Of a DNA stretch of 32,000 nt, positions 1 to 8,450 are shown in pieces. Under the pieces are notes generated by a model. The model was not told the origin of the DNA. It saw only the letters and a list, made by a program, of their open reading frames with translations, and searched no databases. Within the stretch, counting starts at the first letter, position 1; each line of letters opens with the position of its first letter. Source of the stretch: Ignicoccus pacificus DSM 13166 (lineage in GTDB: Archaea; Thermoproteota; Thermoprotei_A; Sulfolobales; Ignicoccaceae); contig CP006868.1 in the NCBI GenBank assembly GCA_025340205.1, forward strand, positions 1,440,001-1,472,000, read 5' to 3'. The position numbers and the translations under genes are program-made.

Positions 1-301
1 GTCTTACGCCGTGCATCCTCATCATTTCGAGAGCCTTCAACACGCTGGTCTCCGGTGCTACAGCGTAGACCTCCTCGCTCATTATTGTGCTTACTGGAGC
101 GTCTAGGTCAGCCCCCTCAGCTATTGCCCTTACCAAGTCCCTCTCGGTCACGATCCCCACTATCTCGCCGTCCTTTACGACCACTAGGCTCCCTATTCCT
201 AGCTCGTTCATCTTCTTTGCTGCCTCCCTTATGCTGGCGTCGGCGTCTATCACTGCTACGGGAGTGCTCATGACTTCGCGGACGGCTATTCCTCTTACCA
301 T
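1..301 (-). CDS. CBS-domain protein, 3' part beyond window edge
   Basis: Reverse-strand ATG at 301-299 gives MVRGIAVREVMSTPVAVIDADASIREAAKKMNELGIGSLVVVKDGEIVGIVTERDLVKAIAEG..., a classic CBS motif. The frame stays open to base 1. Absent from the track because it is truncated. Confidence 0.9.
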   Translation of the reverse strand, partial: MVRGIAVREVMSTPVAVIDADASIREAAKKMNELGIGSLVVVKDGEIVGIVTERDLVRAIAEGADLDAPVSTIMSEEVYAVAPETSVLKALEMMRMHGVR

Positions 302-369
302 TTTACCACCGTTACTCCTTCCACGCCCTACCCTTTATGCGGTAGCCCCGCCCTTCTCGGGGGAGGTCC

Positions 370-831
370 TTGATACCTCTCAAGGAACTCAGGAGGGCAT
401 TGGAAGAGCTCGGTGCCGATGGAATAACGGCCTTTGAGGCGGCTGAAGAGAGTGTGACTTACGGTACCAACTGCTTCGAGATAGTTCTGTCAGAAAGGCC
501 TTACGCAGGAATAAGATTCCAATACGATCAATATAGTGAGAGCGTTAGGCCGCTGATATTGAGAATACATATAAAGAAAAAGGAATTTAACGTCCCAAAG
601 GAGCTCGTAGAGAGTCTGCTGCCAGCGCTCGTCTCCGCTGAGGAGGACGAAGAGTGGATGAGCATAGCGCTAAGACTGCCCAAGGAAGACGATCCCAGGA
701 AGTTGATTGAGAGTGCTATGGAGGTAGTGAAGACGTTCAACTTGAGGATAGGAGGTTCTGAAAGCAAGATCTACGGATACGTACCAGTCGATTGTGGCCC
801 TTATCTAGAGTACGCTCTTAAGAACCAATAA
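370..831 (+). CDS. hypothetical protein, 153 aa
   Basis: Intact ORF (TTG start), divergent from the CBS gene, non-repetitive acidic protein. Its end overlaps the end of the convergent Sua5 gene. Confidence 0.75.
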   Translation: MIPLKELRRALEELGADGITAFEAAEESVTYGTNCFEIVLSERPYAGIRFQYDQYSESVRPLILRIHIKKKEFNVPKELVESLLPALVSAEEDEEWMSIALRLPKEDDPRKLIESAMEVVKTFNLRIGGSESKIYGYVPVDCGPYLEYALKNQ

Positions 832-1428
832 TATTTCCTTCAAGCTTATGGGTCCTTCCCTAAGCACCTTTATCTCTTTCCCAGTCAGGTCTATTACCGT
901 ACTCGCTTGTCCGAGCTCGCAAGGCCCAGCGTCTATCGCTAAGTCCGCCTCCACGGTAACTTCCTCTATCCTCTTTGGACTCCTTCCCCCGCTTATGTTC
1001 GCAGAGGTGACGGCTAACGGACCCACTTCCTTCAGGAGCCTCAAGGTAAAGGGGTGCGCTGGAACCCTAAGGCCGACCTTTCCCGTTCCGGCCGTGACGA
1101 ACTCCGGCACCGTAGGCTTCGCCTTTAGTACCATAGTCAACGGTCCTGGCCAGAACCTCTTTGCTAATGCCTTAGCCCTTTCGTCGAGGTATGCCACTTT
1201 CTCCAAGTCTTCTAGGGATGCTTGAACGGGCAACGGCTTGCTCTTAGGCCTTTTCTTTATTTCATAGATCTTCCAAGCGTGTTCGAGCTTCGAGGCTATG
1301 CCGTAGACCGTCTCTGTGGGAACTATTACCAATCCTCCTCTCTCCAAGACCTCCTTAGCTTCCCTCAGCGCTTCCTCTAGACCCACCTCGCTGAGCTTGA
1401 GAACCCTCAACCTTCCTCCCTCCGCCAC
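805..1428 (-). CDS. Sua5/YciO/YrdC family threonylcarbamoyl-AMP synthase (short form, ~200 aa)
   Basis: GGLVIVPTETVYGIA, KRPKSKPLPV, RFWPGPLTMVL, VGLRVPAHPF, VTSANISGG and STVIDLTG are diagnostic of the YrdC domain. The true start may be the internal TTG at 1410 (MRVLKLSEVG...). Confidence 0.93.
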   Translation of the reverse strand: MAEGGRLRVLKLSEVGLEEALREAKEVLERGGLVIVPTETVYGIASKLEHAWKIYEIKKRPKSKPLPVQASLEDLEKVAYLDERAKALAKRFWPGPLTMVLKAKPTVPEFVTAGTGKVGLRVPAHPFTLRLLKEVGPLAVTSANISGGRSPKRIEEVTVEADLAIDAGPCELGQASTVIDLTGKEIKVLREGPISLKEILLVLKSVL

Positions 1429-1942
1429 TGCCTCGGAGGAACTCGAAAACTATGAAGCCTACCAAGAAGCCCCCAACGACATCCAAGGGGTAGTGCATGC
1501 ACAGCTCTATCCTAGACCAGCCTACCAGAAACGCATAGATCAAAGCCGGGATCCTAAGTTGGGGGTACAAGTAACCTATCCAGAGAGCGACCCACATGGC
1601 CCTAGCAGAGTGACCCGAGGGGTATCCTAAGCCCTCTATATCACATAGACTAGCTGGGACGCCTATGGGCCTGGGACTCTGGAACACGCACTTGAGAGCC
1701 GCCACTGCTACGTTAAGCGCTATAGCGGAAAGCACTACTTCCTTCCAGTTAATTCCCTTCCTTGTTGCCAAGTATGCTATAACAACTACCCATATGATAA
1801 AGGAGGTTAGCTTCTGCGTATAAGATATCCAATACGCTACCTCCTTAAGTCCCTCTACGCTGAAACAAGGTATCCTGGTAGCGAAAGGTCCAAGGATCAC
1901 CAAGAGTACTAGAGCCGCTATCAGCGCTACCCTCGACCTCAC
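1355..1942 (-). CDS. PAP2-family membrane phosphatase
   Basis: KCVFQSPRPIGVP, GYPSGHSARA and RIELCMHYPLDVVGGFLVG match the KxxxxxxRP, PSGH and SRxxxxxHxxxD motifs. Multiple hydrophobic segments. Confidence 0.88.
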   Translation of the reverse strand: MRSRVALIAALVLLVILGPFATRIPCFSVEGLKEVAYWISYTQKLTSFIIWVVVIAYLATRKGINWKEVVLSAIALNVAVAALKCVFQSPRPIGVPASLCDIEGLGYPSGHSARAMWVALWIGYLYPQLRIPALIYAFLVGWSRIELCMHYPLDVVGGFLVGFIVFEFLRGSGGGRKVEGSQAQRGGSRGSAEGS

Positions 1943-2001
1943 CTCGGGTCTCCAAGCCTTCCCATGCTACGTGAGGCGTTTAATCGTATACCCATTCTCT
2001 A

Positions 2002-4602
2002 TCAGATCTTAGTGTTTCTTCTATAGAGCTTAAGGAATGTCTTTTTCACGGCGTCATTGAATAGGAACCACACGAAGGCGTAACCCCATATGAAGGCTGC
2101 CCAACCCCATCCCATAGGAGTCATCAAGCCTAAGCCGTATACGCCCACAACCGTTCCCAAGAAGCTGGTTCCTTGGGTAGCGAAGTAGAGAGCTCTGGAG
2201 GGCCAGGGTTTCTTCCAGAACCAATCTTTTGTTCTAGTGTTAAATATGGTAAAATGCCCAGCTACTATGAGTTTCGTAAACATTATTGTTTGTATCAAAT
2301 CCTTCGGTAACATCCAGTATGTCATCAAGAGGTAGAAGAGAGTGAACGAGGAGAGGACTCCGGCCGTTCCGAGCCAGAAGGAGAGCATCTCGAGCTCTCC
2401 GTAGATCCATCTGACCGGTCTTTGGGGTATCTCAACGTTGTCGTAAGCTATGGTAAGTATCGGTATATCGTTAAGGAGTGCCAAAAGTATGATCATTATT
2501 GTGGTTATCGGGTAGAACTGGAAGATAAGTATCGACAAGGTCATGAAGAACAGAACCCTTATGGTCTCAGCTATCCTATAGATGGCATAGGATTCCATCC
2601 TCTTAAATATTTGTCTAGCTACCTTGAAGCCATCTATTATCACCCTCAATCCTGGAGTGAGGAGCACCATGTCGGCAGCAGCTCTAGCGGCGTCGGTGGC
2701 GTTGGAAACGGCTATTCCACAATCAGCCTTCTTCAAGGCTGGCGCATCGTTTACGCCATCGCCCGTCATTCCAACTATATGACCTCTTTCTTGAATCTTC
2801 TCAACAATAAGGTACTTGTCTTCGGGAAAGACTTCAGCAAACCCGTTCGCCTCCTCTATTATCCTAGCTATCTCATCCTCATGAGCCCTAACTATTCCCG
2901 GAAGGAGGGGTCTACCTTCAAGCTCCTTCTTAACCATCTCGGCTATTTCCTTGGCTTTCCTCTCAGCTTCTGCGGGACTCAGTCCCTCCGCTACTCTCAA
3001 TAACGCCTTAGCTATTACCTCTGCTAGAATCACGTACTCCTCTTCTCCTCTCTTTATCTCTCTCATGCTTATTATTTTATCCCCAATACCCAATATCTTA
3101 GCTATATACTTCGCTATAGCCACGTTGTCTCCGGTAACCATCTTCACCTCTACGCCGAACTTCTTAGCATCTTCAATGGCCTCCTTCGAGTCAGGCCTAG
3201 GAGGGTCGAAGAGAGGGATTAGACCTACTAGGTGGAGTTCCTCTTCCAAGAGCTCTTTCATGGCAACAGCTAACGTCCTAAAGCCGTTCTGAGCGAACTC
3301 CTCTACCTTCTTAAGCACTTCCTCTTCATCTATCTCCTCCTTGTTTACCATATCGATTATTACCTGTGGCGCTCCTTTAGTAACGAACATCTTCTTTCCT
3401 TTACATTTGACTATGGCCTCCGTGCGCTTCCTAACGGGATCGAAGGGTACGAACTTTAGCTGTTTACATTCTTTGAGCTCGTTGTAGAGCCCCCTCTTCT
3501 TGAGCCACTCGAAGATGGGTATCTCTATAGGATCTCTGTTCTCTTCCTTTGAGGCCAGAGCAGCGAAGAGCATCAAGTCCTCGACCTTATACCCCTTAAC
3601 TACGTAGGGATCAGCTATCGTCATCTTGTTCATCGTTAGGGTACCCGTCTTGTCAGAGCAGAGCACGTCAACGCCCGCTAACTCTTCAATTGAAGAGAGC
3701 TTGCTCACTATTACCTTCTTCTTAGCAAGGTAAAGGGCTCCAACGGCCATAGTTATGGTTAGTACCGCGGGAAGGGCGACTGGTATAGCCGCTACCGTCA
3801 AGACTAGAGAGAACTCTAAGAGCTCGAAGGGGTTAGCTCCTCTGCTCAGTTCGACCGCTACCATTATGCCTATTAGAATTATAGTAAGCATAATGAGGAA
3901 GTTACCTATTTTTATTACCATCTGTTGGAAATGGCTCCTCTCCTCCCTCTCTGCCCTTGCCACGAGCTGGACCGTTTTACCGAAGTATGTTTTCAATCCA
4001 GTGGCTATTACTATCCCTATCATCTCCCCTTTCTTTACAATTGAATTAGCATAGGCTACGTCCCCAGGCTTCTTGGTAACGGGAAGGGATTCGCCGGTTA
4101 AGGCGGATTGATCGACGAGTATGTATTCTCCTCCGTGATCGAGCTTGACGTCCGCTGGTACTATGTCCCCTATCTTCAGCTTTATTACGTCTCCAGGAAC
4201 CAAGAACCTAGCGTCTACGAGCTTCCACTTCCCGTCCCTCAACACCAGAGCCTTTCTAGCGAGCTTTTCCTTGAGAACCTTCAACGCCGAAAGCGCCTTG
4301 TGTTCTTGCCAGAAGTCAACGCCGGCGTTAACAAACAGCATTACCATAATTATAGTGAAGTCTTCCCATCTGCCGACTAACGCCGAAAGGATGGCAGCTG
4401 CTTCTATCATCCAAGGTATGGGACCCCAGAACCTCCTGGCTATCCTGTGCCAGAGCGGCTCCTCCTTCTCCGGGATCTCGTTGTAGCCGTATTCCTTGAG
4501 CCTTCTCTGAGCCTCCTCTTCGCTCAGACCCCTCTCCAGAGACGTTCCTAACTCCTCGGTCACTTCCTCTATACTCATGCTGGCATACTTTTCGACGCTC
4601 AC
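2002..4602 (-). CDS. Plasma-membrane-type (P3A-like) H+-transporting P-type ATPase
   Basis: 866 aa with LTGESLPV, PVALPAVLTITMAVGA (M4), CSDKTGTLTMNKM, MTGDGVNDAPALKKADCGIAV and M6 LNDIPILTIAYDNV. GTG start. Confidence 0.95.
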   Translation of the reverse strand: MSVEKYASMSIEEVTEELGTSLERGLSEEEAQRRLKEYGYNEIPEKEEPLWHRIARRFWGPIPWMIEAAAILSALVGRWEDFTIIMVMLFVNAGVDFWQEHKALSALKVLKEKLARKALVLRDGKWKLVDARFLVPGDVIKLKIGDIVPADVKLDHGGEYILVDQSALTGESLPVTKKPGDVAYANSIVKKGEMIGIVIATGLKTYFGKTVQLVARAEREERSHFQQMVIKIGNFLIMLTIILIGIMVAVELSRGANPFELLEFSLVLTVAAIPVALPAVLTITMAVGALYLAKKKVIVSKLSSIEELAGVDVLCSDKTGTLTMNKMTIADPYVVKGYKVEDLMLFAALASKEENRDPIEIPIFEWLKKRGLYNELKECKQLKFVPFDPVRKRTEAIVKCKGKKMFVTKGAPQVIIDMVNKEEIDEEEVLKKVEEFAQNGFRTLAVAMKELLEEELHLVGLIPLFDPPRPDSKEAIEDAKKFGVEVKMVTGDNVAIAKYIAKILGIGDKIISMREIKRGEEEYVILAEVIAKALLRVAEGLSPAEAERKAKEIAEMVKKELEGRPLLPGIVRAHEDEIARIIEEANGFAEVFPEDKYLIVEKIQERGHIVGMTGDGVNDAPALKKADCGIAVSNATDAARAAADMVLLTPGLRVIIDGFKVARQIFKRMESYAIYRIAETIRVLFFMTLSILIFQFYPITTIMIILLALLNDIPILTIAYDNVEIPQRPVRWIYGELEMLSFWLGTAGVLSSFTLFYLLMTYWMLPKDLIQTIMFTKLIVAGHFTIFNTRTKDWFWKKPWPSRALYFATQGTSFLGTVVGVYGLGLMTPMGWGWAAFIWGYAFVWFLFNDAVKKTFLKLYRRNTKI

Positions 4603-4721
4603 CCTTCTCGCCTCTCTTCCTTGAATATTATAGTTCCTACTATCACAAGCCCTACTAGTACCCCTATCCCTATCGTCTCAAATATAAGGAAAAGGACGTC
4701 GTGCGGTGTCACGGACATCAT
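4599..4721 (-). CDS. Small single-TM protein (40 aa), translationally coupled to the P-type ATPase
   Basis: Not in the supplied track (<60 aa). Reverse-strand ATG ATG TCC GTG... gives MMSVTPHDVLFLIFETIGIGVLVGLVIVGTIIFKEERREG*. The TGA stop overlaps the ATPase GTG start as GTGA, and the protein has one ~20-residue hydrophobic helix with a charged C-terminus. Confidence 0.65.
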   Translation of the reverse strand: MMSVTPHDVLFLIFETIGIGVLVGLVIVGTIIFKEERREG

Positions 4722-4873
4722 AAGTTTCACATCTTATTCTTCTCTAAAAATTGCTTGTAATAGATGGTAAGCTTAAGCGCTTTACTTCTGATCAAGGGAT
4801 AAAGGTTAGATATCTTACCTTTTTCTTCGCATTGCTAATAAATCCAACTAACCAAATTCACAGCTTCACTATT

Positions 4874-5635
4874 CTATTCTGAAACGCCCTCGAAGAGGAC
4901 TTTCCATGATATCTCCTTTCTCGGTCCCACCCCTACTATCACATCCCTTACGCCGTATTCGAACGCTTTCTTCCTATTGATCTTATTGAAGAAGAGATGA
5001 ACCAAAGCCTCTACGTCAGAGGTGCTCCAGAGCTTCGCCTCCAGATCCCCTACGTAGCTTATCTCGGGTAATTTGTAAATATGCTTCTTTATCATACCCC
5101 TTTCCTTATCATACTCATAGAAGAGCGTGAGAAGGTCCTTCTCTCCGCCCTCTACCATCATCTTTTGAAACCCTTCTCTAATCAATCTCTCCATCAAGTC
5201 CGTCTGTTCTATCACTATTACTCCTTCCTCATTCAACACCTCCCGCGCACCAGCAATGAAGAGGATTAGCGACTTGGGATCTAGGTGAGGTATCGAGGAG
5301 CCCCAGCAGACTATCACATCGAACTTCTCCTTAAATATTTTCGGCAATAACCTCACATCCCCTACGACTGTTCTAACGTTTCTTTGGGTGAACTCCTTAA
5401 CCTTATAGAACTCATCGTCTCTTAGGTCTAACAACGTCAGTTCTCCTCGGCCCAGGGCCTCCACTAGAGCCGCTCCCGCTATCCCACTCCCAGCCATGAC
5501 GTCCAGAACCTTCGGATTCTCACTTTTGATTAATTGGACTACTTCCTTTTCCATAAACTCCTTTATCATATCAAACCTTTCCTTGGTGGCAGGCCATTTC
5601 CAGTGACTGTAAAACTCGGAAAGGTTCAAGGTCAA
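4874..5635 (-). CDS. Class I SAM-dependent methyltransferase
   Basis: Motif I VLDVMAGSGIAGAALVEAL, motif II LTLLDLRDD, FDVIVCWGSSIPHLDP. Confidence 0.85.
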   Translation of the reverse strand: MTLNLSEFYSHWKWPATKERFDMIKEFMEKEVVQLIKSENPKVLDVMAGSGIAGAALVEALGRGELTLLDLRDDEFYKVKEFTQRNVRTVVGDVRLLPKIFKEKFDVIVCWGSSIPHLDPKSLILFIAGAREVLNEEGVIVIEQTDLMERLIREGFQKMMVEGGEKDLLTLFYEYDKERGMIKKHIYKLPEISYVGDLEAKLWSTSDVEALVHLFFNKINRKKAFEYGVRDVIVGVGPRKEISWKVLFEGVSE

Positions 5636-5701
5636 ATTCCAATTATAAGAGTTCTCAATAGCCTATAAATATCGACTTTATCATCACCATTAGTAGGTAC
5701 T

Positions 5702-7000
5702 ATGCCACTTCACATCCTTAAAAAGCTCCTTTATACCAGTCATTTGAACGAAGAAGAGAAGAAGTACATAGAGCAAGCATCGAGTATTCTTGTGAAGAAG
5801 TTCGAGGAAAATCCAAGACTAATAATTAACGAGGAGATGTTCGATCTCCTTTATCCGGATCTGAGGAAAAGGCTAAGGCCTAGCAGGGGATGGTGGAACC
5901 CTCTCGTCTCCCCCTACAGCGCTTTACACTTCTACGACCAACTAATCCTCGTCTTGAGCGCCTATGACGAAGAAGAGCTTAAGGAACAGTATGGCATAGG
6001 ACTTGAGGAGCTAAGGGAGCTCATAGAGGATGGAATGGCTGTTGTAATACTAGCATCCCTTCCCGAGCGCTATAATAGAAGGCTCTTGGATACGATATTT
6101 GAAGCACAAGGAACGTTACCAACCATATTGAGGGTTACCTCATCTCTAAAGGCCTTTTGCTCAGGAATATATAAAATGGAGCTCTGTAATCCTGAGGAAA
6201 TTTCTAGCAACTTCAAAGGCCTTGACGCTGATGACGTCCTTGATGTTACTGAGAGGATAAGTGACTTAGCAGCCTTTGGTTATACTGAAATCGCTCAGAT
6301 ACTTCTCAATGCTAAAGACATCAAGAACTACGTTCCGCTAGTTAGAACCGTTCATCACATGCTTGTCGAACCGGTAACTGACTCCTTAGCAACCCTAGCG
6401 CTTTACGGCGAGAACGAAGCAGAGTTCTTGAGGGCCCTTTTCGAAAGAGCTTCTTCCCCGCAAGGAGGCAGCGTCGACTTGCTAGTCTCCATCATGGCTA
6501 ACTACTTCCGATCTTTAGGAGCAGAGGCTAAGCTCTGGGTCCCTAAGAGCATAAAGTTGAGCGTGCTGAGGAAGTTAGCTGATGATAAGGACTTAGAGGG
6601 CGCGAGGGAGCACATGATAGCGCTGAGGAACAGGCTGAGGAGAGCGGTCGTCAGAAACGACCCCGACCAAGTGGAAGAGGCAAAGGAGATAGCAAGAGAA
6701 GCTGCACAAATAGCCATGGATGTCAATAGAAGGATAGAAAGCCGTATAGGCATTTCAAGCAAGCTCAAGACGGCTCTAGGCCTATTAGCACAACTTCCCT
6801 TCTCCATGATGCCAACTGATGAGAAAGGTATGATTATCAACGCAGCGTTGAGTGCCCTATTACCGCCACTCGTAGGTAAACTCTCAGATAAGGTGCTCGA
6901 TAAACGCTTGAGGAAGCTGGACGAAAAGCTTGTACTACGAGAGGAGAGGGTCAGAGTAGTCTCATTGGTACCGATATTACTCAACGAAAAGGCCTCCTAG
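5702..7000 (+). CDS. Hypothetical protein, 432 aa
   Basis: Intact ORF, largely helical, with a hydrophobic stretch near the C-terminus (GMIINAALSALLPPLVGKL). No family recognised. Confidence 0.85.
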   Translation: MPLHILKKLLYTSHLNEEEKKYIEQASSILVKKFEENPRLIINEEMFDLLYPDLRKRLRPSRGWWNPLVSPYSALHFYDQLILVLSAYDEEELKEQYGIGLEELRELIEDGMAVVILASLPERYNRRLLDTIFEAQGTLPTILRVTSSLKAFCSGIYKMELCNPEEISSNFKGLDADDVLDVTERISDLAAFGYTEIAQILLNAKDIKNYVPLVRTVHHMLVEPVTDSLATLALYGENEAEFLRALFERASSPQGGSVDLLVSIMANYFRSLGAEAKLWVPKSIKLSVLRKLADDKDLEGAREHMIALRNRLRRAVVRNDPDQVEEAKEIAREAAQIAMDVNRRIESRIGISSKLKTALGLLAQLPFSMMPTDEKGMIINAALSALLPPLVGKLSDKVLDKRLRKLDEKLVLREERVRVVSLVPILLNEKAS

Positions 7001-7117
7001 TGTTACTCTATGCCCCGAGCGAGCGCGTGGCGGCGACTGCGGGGTTATGTAAGATTCATGGAAGAATAGCGAAAAATTCTTTGATGGGACTATCCTCTGA
7101 AGGACTTCTTTACCTAT

Positions 7118-7705
7118 CTACAAGATTACTTGTTCAAGGTCCAGATAGTACTTATACTTTTCCACCCAACGCTTCCTCACAACACAGTAATTGGAGTTCT
7201 TCGCTGACTCCTTGAAGTCGCTGATAATGTAGAGCACTATTGCCTCCTCCCAGTCTACTTCTTGGGGAATATCCTCTTTATCTAGCACGACCGTTGCCCA
7301 GACGTTTGCGAACGCTTTTACTGTTCCATACCAGAACGACAGTTGGCTTAACCAGAAGTCCAGATCCCGCTTGTTGTCCTCGAACGTACTACGTTTCCCT
7401 AAGTTCTTGAAGAAACCTTTTCTTCTCTCATACATATACCTCAGAGTAGATTCTTTGGGTAAGTATCTCCAGAAAATCCTCCTCTTGAGACCACAAGCCG
7501 CAACGATGTAATTTACAAAGTCATCGTAGAAGATGTCTGCGTAGCTTACCTTAAAGCTGTTATGGTGTGCCCTATACACTATCTCCATAAATAAGTCGTC
7601 GTAAATTCTTAAGACCTTATCAAGGAGCTCGCTCATTACCTTCTTATTCACGATGTTCCGAAGAAACCATTCGGGATATCTCAGCGGCGGTGGTCCCAAC
7701 ATCAA
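7118..7705 (-). CDS. Hypothetical protein, 195 aa
   Basis: Intact ORF rich in Tyr/Trp/charged residues. No recognisable family. Convergent with 5702..7000. Confidence 0.75.
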   Translation of the reverse strand: MMLGPPPLRYPEWFLRNIVNKKVMSELLDKVLRIYDDLFMEIVYRAHHNSFKVSYADIFYDDFVNYIVAACGLKRRIFWRYLPKESTLRYMYERRKGFFKNLGKRSTFEDNKRDLDFWLSQLSFWYGTVKAFANVWATVVLDKEDIPQEVDWEEAIVLYIISDFKESAKNSNYCVVRKRWVEKYKYYLDLEQVIL

Positions 7706-7988
7706 TCACCTCTGAGAAATGTACAGAAATGCATGAACGGCTTAGGTCCCCACAATTATATTTCGAATTTTAGTCATAAAGTGCCCGATGTGTCAAGACG
7801 TATTAATTTAGGATTCTGACTAAACATAGGATTCGACTAACATCCTCGATTGAACTTCGCCGATGTGCTTCACGTAGCTCGAAGGATGCACGTAGGGAAC
7901 CCCGCGTCTTCTTAATTTTGAGCATTAGATTGCTGAGGTGTAGCTCCTTGGATTGATTGTTGTGAGGATTACCAGAAGTGGGGAGTGG

Positions 7989-8064
7989 TGCGGCGGCCGG
8001 GATTTGAACCCGGGATCACCGGCTTGGAAGGCCGGCATCCTAGTCCAGGCTAGACGACCGCCGC
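7989..8064 (-). tRNA. tRNA-Gly (anticodon UCC), no intron
   Basis: Reverse strand GCGGCGGTCGTCTAGCCTGGACTAGGATGCCGGCCTTCCAAGCCGGTGATCCCGGGTTCAAATCCCGGCCGCCGCA folds as a cloverleaf: acceptor GCGGCGG/CCGCCGC, anticodon stem CCGGC/GCCGG with loop CTTCCAA, T arm CCGGG-TTCAAAT-CCCGG. No encoded CCA. Confidence 0.97.
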
Positions 8065-8127
8065 CCTCTCTTCTTCCCCGCACCCTCCCCGTGCCTGGGT
8101 TATGAAAAGAGCTTATTAATTTTCACT

Positions 8128-8307
8128 TTACTTCCCAATCGAACCAAGAGCGTTCTTGGTGGCGTTCAACGCTTGATTCACAAGGGCATGGAACTCTTGT
8201 GGCTTGTTGTAGTAGAGCCAAGCGAGGTAGATTAGCACACCTACTAATATCAAGCTAACTATAGCTGACAAGAGATCGAGTAGACCCTTTCTTCTCACGA
8301 TTCTCAC
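8128..8307 (-). CDS. Small single-TM protein with class III (pilin/archaellin-like) N-terminus, 59 aa
   Basis: Not in the supplied track. GTG start gives MRIVRRKGLLDLLSAIVSLILVGVLIYLAWLYYNKPQEFHALVNQALNATKNALGSIGK*. TATA-like TTTAAATATAG (plus-strand reading, 8336-8346) lies about 30 nt upstream. Confidence 0.65.
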   Translation of the reverse strand: MRIVRRKGLLDLLSAIVSLILVGVLIYLAWLYYNKPQEFHALVNQALNATKNALGSIGK

Positions 8308-8450
8308 ACTTCCGCTTCACATAATGACATTACTCTTTAAATATAGAGAGCTCCTTCATAATTGTATATATCTGCGGGATTTCGTTCCCACTATTTATGT
8401 TTTGGTGAATTGAAAGAAAACATTTTTTCGTTCTCAAGACCCTCCATAGG

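Noticed and set aside
2422-3003. 193-aa plus-strand ORF antisense to the P-type ATPase
   Set aside because: Lies fully within the strongly supported ATPase gene and has low-complexity composition typical of codon-bias shadow ORFs. The other ORFs at 2951, 3755, 4108 and 4145 are the same.
7845-7943. Weak 40-aa minus-strand ORF MLKIKKTRGSLRASFELREAHRR... in the gap beside tRNA-Gly (coordinates approximate)
   Set aside because: Basic composition with no motif and no coupling to a neighbouring gene. Probably chance.
7989-8064. Split or intron-containing tRNA, as occurs in some crenarchaea
   Set aside because: The cloverleaf is continuous with a normal 7-nt anticodon loop (CTTCCAA), so no intron or bulge-helix-bulge is present.
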